In this document: positions 49,201 through 62,542 of the stretch, in pieces | How the letters are laid out: every line of letters begins with the position of its first letter | How positions within the stretch are numbered: position 1 is the first letter of the stretch | From: Paraspadella gotoi | Taxonomy: Eukaryota > Animalia > Chaetognatha | Direction: 5' to 3' | DNA length: 64,000 bases | Assembly (NCBI GenBank): GCA_051294375.1 | Contig: CM119267.1 | Coordinates: forward strand, 23,584,257-23,648,256 | Made by a program: the position numbers and the translations under genes | The notes under the pieces: generated by a model | What the model was told of the DNA's origin: nothing | The model's database searches: none | What the model saw: the letters and a program-made list of their open reading frames with translations, nothing else

Positions 49201-52200
49201 TTCTTAAGAGTTATTTGTCGCGGTTAGACGCTGGCTTAAGTCATTTTTACTACTGTCTGTCCGTAAAAGCTATTAAGAAATAAAAGATTAAGAAAAAAGT
49301 AATTTTGCGAATGTCTAAACTTGATTGAAGGCGCAGAAAAAATAGTAGAAAGCTTAATGAAAGAAAAAAGAGAGTATTTGAAAGTATCATCACGTTTTAT
49401 CCAAAACACTTGCCAATTTTTAATAATGCTTAAAATATTTTTATAGTTTCTCAAAATATTTATATTAGCCATGTCCCCTCAAAAAATTTATGTTATCCAC
49501 TTAGTTACTCTCTGACGAGACGATCGACACGACTGAGACGCGACGCTGCCGACGTTGCCGCAGCTGCCGACGCTGCTGACGCCGCTGCCGACGCGACCGA
49601 TTATGAATTCTTCCCCGCCTCCCTCTCCTCTTCCTCTTCCCCCTCCTCCTCCTCATCCTCCTCCGCCACCTCCATTCGGTTGAATCGTCTTCAAACCAAC
49701 TTGGCGTCGAAAGTGGAGTCCATCCTGAAGAGAGAGTTGAGGAGGAAGGTCGGGGCGAGGGATTCCAAGGAGATGGAGGATCTGGCGGAGGGAGTGTGGC
49801 TGGAAGGGATCGTGGAGAAGGCGGAGAAGGTTAGTTTGAATAAATGGGAGGAAGGAAGGATTTTTTTGCGGTGAAACTAAAAAAAAATATATTCTGCTTT
49901 TAATGCTGTAACTAAACTATTGAATTCTTGAACTAAGTTAGAAATTTATTATTTTTATTATTTTATGTACTTTAATTTATTGTACGAACAGATTTTGACG
50001 GAAAAAGTTCGTAACTTCGCGTCGAAAATATCGTTAACCGAATGCAATGGCGAAAATTGGAATGACGACGACGACGACGACGACGACGACGAAGAAGAAG
50101 AAGAAGAAGAAAACGAAACCGACGACAACGACGATGCTGACGAAGAAGACGATAACAACGACGACGACGACTTCGAAGACTCCTCCGTCAAGTGGACCAA
50201 CTGCGTTTCCGTCTTCAAGTTGCTCGTCCGCTCAGACTCCTCTTCCTCTTCCTTCGTCGAACGCCTCCTCGTTCCCTTCCTCTCCTCCTCCTCCTCCTCC
50301 TCTTCCTCCCGCCTCGCTCTCGACCGTCGTCGCGACCTCCTCTTCCTTCTCTCCTCCATCCCTTCTCCCTCCTCCTCCTCTTTTCTCCTCCTTCAAAGAG
50401 AAGTTCTCGTCTCGACAGGCGCTCCGTCTGACAATCGCCTGATCGTCGCTCTCGCTCGCCTGGCGGGGAAAGAGTCGGTGCCGACGCAGTTGAGGTGAAG
50501 ATAATGATGTTTCGTTAATCGGGTCTCTGATTGGTCGAGTAGATTCGAGCTCAGCCAATCGGAGGTTAGCTTGACAACATTGGTGACGAAATTGGTTTTT
50601 GTTTGTTTGTTTTTTGTTTTATTTGGTTGGTTTTTATAAAAGATTTTATCCCAATTCAACATCATTGAAATTTTAATTAATTTGATTAAAGAAGGTTTAC
50701 AGAAATGAGAAATCTTGTTTAGTAAAGAGTAACTTGAAATAAAAACTAGAATTTTCATTAAAATTAATCTGAATGAATCAAATAAATTAAATTCAAGTAA
50801 AAACCGGGAATTTAAATTAAATATATAAAAACCAGGATGAGTCTCACCACGCGGCAACGTTTAAATGTCACTATTTAGTTAAATTAAAGGCTAAACAAGA
50901 CAAAGAAATTCGTGTTTATGTTATATATAATGGAATAATTCTCGCTCGAAACCTCAGCTATATCGTTGTCAATTCGAGAAAATTTAAATTGATGACATTA
51001 TTATCATTGTTGTCGATGCCCTTCAGCCTTCACCCTTCACCCCTTCACTCCTCTTGACATACCCTCCGTTTTCCCAGATCGTGGACCTCGAAATTCCTGC
51101 TGTCACCCCTGCGTCGCCGCGGCTGCCGCGTCGACGCCGACTTCGCTCTTCGCCTGGAGGCGCTGGCGACGTTGCGGACGCCGGAATCGCTCGTCGGACT
51201 GGAGCAGCTCTTCGACGTCTGCGACCCGGCGTTGGGGCATTCCGTGGAGGTCAGATTGATGGAAGGGTGTGGGATTTTAACTAACTTACCCAACCCTTAC
51301 CCATCTCCTTAGGTCCGCGCCGGCGTCCTCGGCGCCCTAGTGCCGCAACTGACCCACCGCATCTCGCAACGCCTCCTCGAGACGGCGTTGCTGTCCTCTG
51401 ATTGCGCGCAGATGGAAGCGGCGTTGGGGGCGTTGCTGCAATCGACTGCGACGTCTTCACCGCCGACGCCATTGATGCCTGTCGACGAGCTGTTGGTGGA
51501 TTTGGCGTTGGCCGACGCCGCGGTTGGCGTCAACGCTTCTTTCGTAAACGACGCCGATAAAACCGGCGTCGCCGGAATCTCTTGCGTGCGCGAGCAGTTG
51601 ACGACGTATTTGAGAGAGAGAGCGGCGTCGTTCGGCGGCGCGTGGGAAGATTTAGCGGCGACGGAGACGATGCAAGCGGCGTTGGCAGCGATGGACGACG
51701 CCGAGGGAGGCAAAGGACGCCGGAGGAGATCGACAGACGAAGTCGACGCCGCCGCCTCGTGGACGGACTCGACCTGCATGACTTGGGACGACGCCGGTGG
51801 TAACTTCGACGCCGTTCAGTCGCCGGTCGAATTCCGGCGCGATGTCGCCGCTTATCCTCACCGGCGTCATTGTCTCGGGCGGCGTCGTGTAGGAGTCGAA
51901 AAGATTCACGCCGATTTCTACGCGGCGCTTTTTGCCGGGAGGAGCGGCGATGGCGGAGGAAGCGTCGAGAATTTTAAGGTGGCTTGGAAAAGTTTAGATA
52001 ATATTCTATGTTTAGTCTAGTTTATTTTACTCTATGAATTTAGCCGAGTTAAGAGAGTTTTTCTAAAAAAATAAAAGTAAAAAAAAATACAGCTCGCTCT
52101 GTAGATTTTACTGTACGTATTTTGCTTTTTTAAAACTTTTTGTTCGACGAGTATGTTAGTTTAAAATGAAATTTAATTTCTAATAATAAGTTATTTCGAT

Positions 52201-52664
52201 TTACATATTAATTTTATCCGCATCCTTTTTTTGCTCTTCTTCATGTTTCACATCTTCCTCACCTCTCAACCTCCTCATCTTCCACCTCCTCCTCATCCTC
52301 CTTCTCCTCCTTCACCTCCTCCAGCTTCTCCAAAAGTTCGTCGCCCGCGCCGCCTTCTACGACGTCTCCGTCAACGCCGCCTCCGTCGAATGGACGCAGA
52401 CTAGAGATGGCGCCGGAAGTCGTCGTCGTCTTCGCGTCGCCGTCGGCGGCGTCGACGTTCTGGACGACGACGACGACGACGACGGCCGATGCGGCACGGA
52501 ATCGCCCGTGGATTACGGGAGGACGTTTTCCGTCTCGTTGCAGGTTGCAGGAAAAAGGATNNNNNNNNNNNNNNNNNNNNNNNNNCGATCTTTGTTCTTT
52601 TTTTTTTAAATATTTTCTTTTTTTGGTCATTTGTTTACTTCCTTCTTTCTTTATTTATTTATGG

Positions 52665-52761
<97 letters not shown>

Positions 52762-54056
52762 ATGAGCTGAGAAAGATTACAATTGCTAAGACCTGCCGAG
52801 GTTTCTGACTTTCTTTCTCATCTTTCTTTTTTTTCTTTTTCTATTTTCTTTTTCAATTTTTTTAATTCCCCTTCCACTGATAATACTTCTCATTGTTTCC
52901 TTTCCTTCTCTTGTTCTCCCTCCTCTCCTCTCCCTCCCCCCCACCCACTCCCCCCACAGGATCTCCCACTCTACGTCGCCACCATCTCCTTCGCCGTCAC
53001 AATCACCCCGAGAGTCGGCGTCCACTTCCGGTGTCTCCAGTCGGCCGACGGAAGAACCACGTTGGCGCTGCAGCCCAAGGTGAGGAAGAACGGCTGGCAC
53101 TGCAGAGAATCATAGTTGGCGCTGCAGCCAAGGCTGCGTTGGCGCTAAGCATTGCTGGCACCGCAGAAAGAGACATTGGCGCACCGATGGAACATTACAA
53201 ACTTGAGTATAGTACCACGTGACCAATAAAGACTTAACTACATCGAAGTTGAATGAAATCAGGAACAAAGATTTTTGAGACTCCAGTCCCGTAAGATGAT
53301 CAAAATATCGAAACGACAACCACAACACAACAACAACTTTACAACTCGTTCACCAAACAACCACTTAAAACCCGTTCATTAAGTAAAGTCACCACACTTT
53401 GATGAAAAAGAAAAAGAAAAATTAAAAACATTCGTATTAAAAGATAGATATAAATTAGACAATTAGGCTTTTCACATTATGAACCCCCCCAACTTTTCCA
53501 TTCCCCGCACACCCCCCGGCCTCGTCCATCCCCCCCCTTCTTAGACGACGATCCGACTCGGAGGTGGCGCCACCCGCCTCACTCGCCGTCGCCCTCCAAG
53601 GAGGCTTCGATCTCGGCGTCGACCTCAACTACTTCGTCGACTCTGAAGCCGACGTCACTCCTTGCGTCTCGGCCAATCACGGTTCGATCCCATGTCGATC
53701 ACCGTGTCCGCTTGGTGAGTGGCGTCGAGGTTAGTGCTTGGCAAGTAGGGAAAGTCTGCTTGGTGAGTGGCGTCGAGGTTAGTGCTTGGCAAGTAGGGAA
53801 AGTCTGCTAGACTATTTGATTGATAAGGCGATTTGCTTTCTAATTTCTAATTCTCTTTTTTTTTTTTCTTTTTTATATTTTATTTATTTATTTTTTAAAT
53901 TCAATTTTTTCGTCTGACTTTTCTTCTCCCTTCGTTTTATCCGTCGGTCGGTTCATTTGTCCGTCGTTAGTCGGAAGACTACTAGACAATAAACATTGAA
54001 CATCGGTCGCTCAGCGTGCTGGAAATCTTCCAATTAAGTTCTAAGTCAATATTGAT

Positions 54057-54153
<97 letters not shown>

Positions 54154-54957
54154 TTCCCCTTCTCCCCACCAGGTACCAGCACGACAAAGGCCCCGAGAGC
54201 AATGGCACCCCGCCTGGGCCGAGTGCAGATCCTCCAAGGCTTCAAACAGCCCTGTTGGGGCCCAAGTGTTCCGCGAGCAATCAGCCCTTCGTCGAAACCA
54301 CCCGAGTTCGCCGCCTTTGTGTGCACGCGGTGGTACAAGGTGCGTCGCATGCGTTTTGGAACGAGTTGGACTTGGATGACGTGGGCCATAATTGATAAAA
54401 GGTCACGGCGTTTTTAATTTAGTAAAGTTGAATATAGTTAAATTACAATTTAAACGAACAAATAAAGGCGAAATTACGATGAGAGAAGCAAAGTGCATTC
54501 GTTTCGACTGGACTGACCTTCGCTCACCGAGGGCCGAGCTTTTTATAGCCCAGACGGCTCGTTGACCCGCGAATGATCCCAGAAAGCTAAACGAAAGGGG
54601 ACGCTGCTTTAAAAAATAGATAGAAAACGAAAATAAAACCAAATTCTTTTTGTGCGAAAGTTTGTATTTTTCTAGAATTTTTCTGTATCGCATTTGTTGA
54701 TAATGTCAATTGACTATGTTTGACAGCTACATAGTTTGTTTTCTTTTCTTCACTTCACTTTACTTACTTTACTTTACTTTACTTTACTTTACTTTACTTT
54801 ACTTTACTTTACTTTACTTTACTTTACTTCATTTCGACAGGAGGTTGAGATGAGCTGAATTGTCAACCACCTCTAACGCCAATCGTGAGGAGCGCATTCT
54901 ACGGGTGGTCACACAGCGAGAATGAGGATCAGTGTTACTTCCACGACGATGACACGT

Positions 54958-55054
<97 letters not shown>

Positions 55055-56219
55055 AAGGATTGATTTTGTCTAAAATAATTTAAATTATGATCCAATAAAA
55101 TTTTCTTCAAAATTCGATTCTTTTTAATCATTCTCCAGATATTGCGCTCGCAACGCAACTTTGCCCGCTTGCGCCAGAGGACAAAGCTCGTGCACGGTTC
55201 CGGTCGCGCGAAGCCAATGGGCTTGTCGGTTGCAACGGTCTGCACGACTATCTGCAAGTGCAATACGATTGCTTGGGAGATCAAAGGGGCCGAAGGTGAT
55301 CGTCTTGAGTTCGACGGTGAGGTTGATGGTGAAAGAGTTTGATGGTATGTTGCTGTTGTTAGGTTTAAAGGTGGTGTTCGACTACGCGCACATTATTAGA
55401 AAACAAAGTCTAAAACTTAATCGTTTGTGAATAGTTGTTTGTTATAAACTAATTAAACTGATTTTATTTACGTAAATAGACTCGGCAACCGTTTTTTTTG
55501 AATAGCGGGGTCTCTTTTTCACTTTTCGGTAGGACAGTTGAGATGTCACAGAGTACAAGAAGAACATGGGTGACAAAAAACCTCGGGAAGGGTTTTTAAG
55601 GCAAAAGAAAAGCATCTAATGTTAACTAATGTTAAACCAAAAAATGATTAACGAGAAAAAAGAAATTAAAAATGATTTATAAATTCTGGCGAATGTGCGT
55701 CGAAGACTAATTCTGTGGTTCATTAAAATGAATTACTAAAAATAAATATGATTTAAGAAATAAAAAAAAACAACTCGAAAAATGATAAAACTTGGATTTA
55801 TCAAGGAGCGGCTGCGAGGATCTGTTTGCCCTAAGACAATTAAGGTTAGGAAAGTAATAAATTAGGATGGATCGGGTAGAAATGGGAAAAAAAATTGAAG
55901 TACGAAGAGGAATAATAACGGAACTATCAGACAATATTATTGGAACAGCGTTTGGCGTTGGCCGATTGTAAATAACGTTGTGGAATGCGTTATTGAACAT
56001 CAATTCATTAATCAATTAATTAATTGATATTTTATCATAACTGATTATTAATGATCATTGATAATAAATGATATTGAATTATATTATATTAATAGAACAC
56101 AATTGAGAATCGTTCCATCGCCATCAGTTTTTTTTCCCCTTTTCAATTCCATTTACAGCGGCGCCGCTTTGGACGGCGTCGACGCCGTCGCCATGGAGAC
56201 GAACTCGCGGCGTTGGTGA
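46154..56219 (+). CDS. Multi-exon gene: secreted large lipid transfer protein (vitellogenin/MTP N-terminal-like) with C-terminal SUEL-type lectin domain
   Basis: About 16 GC-rich exons with GT donors and AG acceptors; phases chain consistently through exons 3-11. Signal peptide MFHLKLLLLFLFLFTFNFVVES. LLT-like motifs: PGVDHDYTFSS, PFRFAQQ..GVANVFF...D.EE..NLK..M...(F)QTNL, RHDVIGAH, and superhelix-like LEALATLRTPES...VRAGVLGAL. C-terminal SUEL motifs ELNC...SAFYGW and C.RGQSSCTVPV...GCNG..DYLQVQYDC. A few 1-nt indels in exons 2, 3 and 12-15 are probably consensus errors. Confidence 0.8.
46631..46811 (+). CDS. exon 2
   Basis: ...NDPHSYQLHLHHPQPGVDHDYTFSSILSLWGDSTPAAQLFVISAGLE|GTTAGC; acceptor imperfect (ttttttcg, probably a dropped A), so the start is approximate. 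Confidence 0.6.
47322..47650 (+). CDS. exon 3
   Basis: CTAAC branch point at 47291 and ttttccag acceptor; VKCLGACPDSVC...QTNLDDEELRA; 329 nt, phase 0 to 2; the LLT-like PFRFAQQ..VANVFF segment lies in another frame, implying compensating indels. Confidence 0.7.
47715..48155 (+). mobile_element. Structured GC-richer intronic insert, probably a non-LTR retrotransposon 5'UTR or SINE relic with a tRNA-like segment
   Basis: Abrupt composition shift in intron 3; perfect stems atgcct/aggcat, accgtgag/ctcacggt, ttggtgaa/ttcaccaa, taggtacc/ggtaccta, accccg/cggggt; A-box-like GTGGCTCATTGAG (~47977) and B-box-like GGATTCGATCC (~48021); no ORF. Confidence 0.5.
48264..48504 (+). CDS. exon 4
   Basis: ttttccag / GTATGT; open frame RHDVIGAHRGHF...poly-Ser...VHKTFTETDF...PRRQRRGAADE; phase 2 to 0. 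Confidence 0.75.
48951..49159 (+). CDS. exon 5
   Basis: ctctccag / GTAAAA; DSPSLRSGPIRLRGVDSKTFVDGTLKAAEGKVEFFFDG...RSKRS...KATM; phase 0 to 2. Confidence 0.75.
49505..49829 (+). CDS. exon 6
   Basis: cacttag / GTTAGT; YSLTRRSTRLRRDAA...poly-Ser...LQTNLASKVESILKRELRRK...EKAEK; phase 2 to 0. Confidence 0.78.
49992..50494 (+). CDS. exon 7
   Basis: gaacag / GTGAAG; ILTEKVRNFASK...poly-Asp/Glu...WTNCVSVFKLLVR...LIVALARLAGKESVPTQL (lies inside ORF 49965-50498); phase 0 to 2. Confidence 0.78.
51078..51249 (+). CDS. exon 8
   Basis: ttttcccag / GTCAGA; SWTSKFLLSPLRRRGCRVDADFALRLEALATLRTPESLVGLEQLFDVCDPALGHSVE; phase 2 to 0. Confidence 0.78.
51313..51978 (+). CDS. exon 9
   Basis: ctccttag / GTGGCT; 222 codons VRAGVLGALVPQ...GRRRRSTD...SWTDSTCMTWD...IHADFYAALFAG...ENFK (overlaps ORF 51340-52020). 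Confidence 0.82.
52325..52543 (+). CDS. exon 10
   Basis: ctccag / GTTGCA; 73 codons LLQKFVARAAFYDVSVNAASVEWTQ...TFSVSLQ. Confidence 0.75.
52960..53079 (+). CDS. exon 11
   Basis: ccccacag / GTGAGG; DLPLYVATISFAVTITPRVGVHFRCLQSADGRTTLALQPK. Confidence 0.78.
53545..53714 (+). CDS. exon 12
   Basis: cttcttag / GTGAGT; best reading TTIRLGGGA(T)ASLAVALQGGFDLGVDLNYFVDSEADVTPCVSANHG(F)DPMSITVSAW needs two compensating 1-nt corrections. Confidence 0.68.
54173..54339 (+). CDS. exon 13
   Basis: (CT)n tract then ccaccag acceptor, donor GTGCGT; begins (W)YQHDKGP and ends PEFAAFVCTRWYK; internal frame uncertain because of indels. Confidence 0.65.
54841..54955 (+). CDS. exon 14 (SUEL lectin, N-terminal half)
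   Basis: (TTTAC)n tract then cgacag acceptor, donor GTGAGA; EVE(I)ELNCQPPLTPIVRSAFYGWSHSENEDQCYFHDDD; 1 nt shorter than the intact copy at 60520-60635. Confidence 0.75.
55139..55299 (+). CDS. exon 15 (SUEL lectin, C-terminal half)
   Basis: ttctccag acceptor; YCARNATLPACARGQSSCTVPVARSQWA(V)GCNGLHDYLQVQYDCLGDQRGR, then either TGA at 55297-55299 or a donor after 55295; one extra T relative to the intact copy 2. Confidence 0.75.
56159..56219 (+). CDS. probable terminal exon 16
   Basis: pyrimidine tract plus tttacag acceptor; phase-2 reading (S)GAALDGVDAVAMETNSRRW* fits the donor CGAAG|GTGATC of exon 15 and the GC-rich codon style of the gene. Confidence 0.5.
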
Positions 56220-56343
56220 CGGAAAATTGCGAAAGAGTCTTTGTCAAGAATCTTGAACAATTGTAATTAATTATTTTTTTTAATGTGATGTATTGATTTT
56301 TACAAGGAATATAACGTGGAATGTTATTCTTTCATAGACATTT

Positions 56344-56440
<97 letters not shown>

Positions 56441-56772
56441 ATTCTCTCTCCCTTTCTTCTTTATTTTTAATGGTTTAGACTTTAGTATTAATTTCTTCCA
56501 TGGTGTCATCGTTTGCAGAAACGATTGAACGAGAGAGCGAGAGAGCGAGAGAGAAAGAGAGAGAGAAAAGAAGAGAGAGAAGAGAGAGAGAGAATGAGAG
56601 AGAGAGAGGAGAGAAGAGAAGAGAGAGAAACCTATTTGGAGGATGGAAATGTTTTTACTATTCTTCTTACAAACAAGGGACACGAAATCAGAAAGAAAAA
56701 AAAATTCTTGTTACGGAATTTCGTGATTAAACCGACTTTTTTTTTGGGGCGAAGCCAATTCATCCATGAAAA

Positions 56773-56866
<94 letters not shown>

Positions 56867-58704
56867 TCTCTCTTTTCATGCCGTTTGAAGATAGAGAGGA
56901 CCCATTGAAGACTAATCAGCGTAGATATGCATTAGCATGACCGAACTAAGGGGCGGTCCGTGGGGAGGAGAGAGCGAAGAATGGAGAGGGGAGGGGGAGG
57001 GAGAGAGAGAGAAGGGGGAGGAGTGATATAGAGGGATTAGAGGCGGGGTAGAGAGGAAGAAAGGAGAGAATAAAGAGGGAAAAAGTGAGGATAAGAGAGA
57101 AAAAGGCGGATAGAATAGACGTACGTATAATCGTTACGTTTTACTATTATAGCATTTTTTGCATCTGTGATATAGGAAAAAAAAAGTTATGTAATGCGTA
57201 TATAAGAGCGTCGAACAATAGAAGTAAAATTATAAATGGAAGAAATACATGTAATTTTTGTAATCGCTTTCAAGGGCTTAAAACTGAACTTTACTTGCGG
57301 TATTAATAATATGTTTTTAACTTGTATCTTTTTTTAAATTTGTGATCATTTGTATATTGTTTTTATCTTTTTTTAAAAATTTGTCTCATTGTTTTAATTT
57401 CATCATTCTTTTTCAACTTGTATAATTTTTTAATTGCATAATTTTGTTTAATTTCATCATTGTTTAACTTGCATCATTTTTTTTCTCTTGCACAGATTAT
57501 TTTTTTTAACTTTGCATTGGATAAAGGTGCTGCTTGAGCTTAAAGATGACTGTCTGTAACTTCTATAACCCCGCTCTAGAGCCATAAGGCTTGGAAGCCA
57601 GGCTAGGGTTTTTGTATTAATAACTCTCTCTTAGCTTTTAGACGATATTTAATCTTTTGAAAATCTTTAATTACTGGCTTTTTGGAAATACTCTTATACG
57701 TATAATAAATGGCTTCTGGCAAGGTGTACATTGCATTTTGGTTTAAAATAGATTTGAAAAGTAAGCAGGTAAGGTTCGGGTAACTTATGTTTTGGTTTAA
57801 TTTTTACTAAAACTTATTTATACTTCAAAAATTGATTATAATATTATCATGAATTAAGTTAATCATGATAAGAATTTTTCGGAATACATAATAAAGAGGG
57901 TCAAAACGGTAAGAAATACTAAAGTATTTGTGACGATTAAGCGCTAAATTGATTGAAAACATCCACAACGCCCTGTCGTTGTTTAAAATTGTTATTGTTT
58001 TAAACTGATATGAAAGTAAAAGACAGAAAAATATTTTGGCACCCATTTTATTATTTGTATCTCAAATCGTTCAAACAAATAATCAAATAATATATTAGTA
58101 TGGTTGGTCAGCAAGAACAGATGGACTTCTAAAACTCTCTAATAACGAGAGTTCATAAATTGGCCTATAATTAAGGCGAGATATTGATTTATTTCTGCTT
58201 CTTTGTGTACCAAAGCAAAGAAAACAGAAAAATAAACTTTGTTACTTTGAATAATGATTCGGTTTGAAAATTCTTGCATCACAGCAATCAACAAGTTTGT
58301 GCTTATCAAGAGCATCTTTACAAATCTATATTAAATTTTTATTAATAATTAAATCCTACCTAGTGTAATAATTTTTGAAATAAAAAATTACATTGCAAAG
58401 GCCACAATGTTAAGATTAACATTTATTTCAAATTCACTGGCAATATGCAAATGAGATGAAGTAACTTTGGGATACCAATACTTTTAATGCATGAATTTAA
58501 AGGCCATCTCTCTCTTTTTTCAATTGCTAAGACCTGCCGAGGTTTTCTGACTTTCTTTCTCATCTTTCTTTTTTTTCTTTTTCTATTTTTCTTTTTCAAT
58601 TTTTTTAATTCCCCCTTCCACTGATAATCTTCTCATTGTTTCCTTTCCTTCTCTTGTTCTCCCCTCCTCTCCTCTCCCTCCCCCCCACCCACTCCCCCCC
58701 ACAG

Positions 58705-61875
<3,171 letters not shown>

Positions 61876-61997
61876 CGGAAAATTGCGAAAGAGTCTTGTC
61901 AAGAATCTTGAACAATTGTAATTAATTATTTTTTTTTAATGTGATGTATTGATTTTTACAAGGAATATAACGTGGGAATGTTATTCTTTCATAGACA

Positions 61998-62148
<151 letters not shown>

Positions 62149-62456
62149 CCTTTCTCTTTATTTTTAATGGTTTAGACTTTAGTATTAATTTCTTCCATGG
62201 TGTCATCGTTTGCAGAAACGATTGAACGAGAGAGCGAGAGAGCGAGAGAGAAAGAGAGAGAGAAAGAAAGAGAGAAAGAGAGAGAGAAATAGAGAGAGAG
62301 AAAGAGAGAGAGAGAAACCTATTTGGAGGATGGAAATGTTTTTACTATTCTTCTCAAAACAAGGAACACGAAATCAGAAAAGAAAAAAAATTCTTGTTAC
62401 GGAATTTCGTGATTAAACCGACTTTTTTTTTGGGCGAAGCAATTCATCCATGAAAA

Positions 62457-62542
<86 letters not shown>

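Noticed and set aside
51760-51800. GPS/GAIN motif (C..WD) suggesting a polycystin or adhesion GPCR
   Set aside because: No C.C.H.T/S.F motif and no transmembrane helices follow; the rest of the protein fits a secreted LLTP-like architecture better.
47244-55284. Minus-strand ORFs such as 48175-48663, 51309-51779 and 54829-55284
   Set aside because: They are antisense shadows of GC-rich + strand exons; splice signals and protein motifs support the + strand.
53545-55299. Calling the LLTP-SUEL gene a pseudogene or a case of programmed frameshifting
   Set aside because: Several indels differ between the two copies and the assembly is indel-noisy throughout, so sequencing error is the simpler explanation; indels shared by both copies in exons 12-13 remain unresolved.
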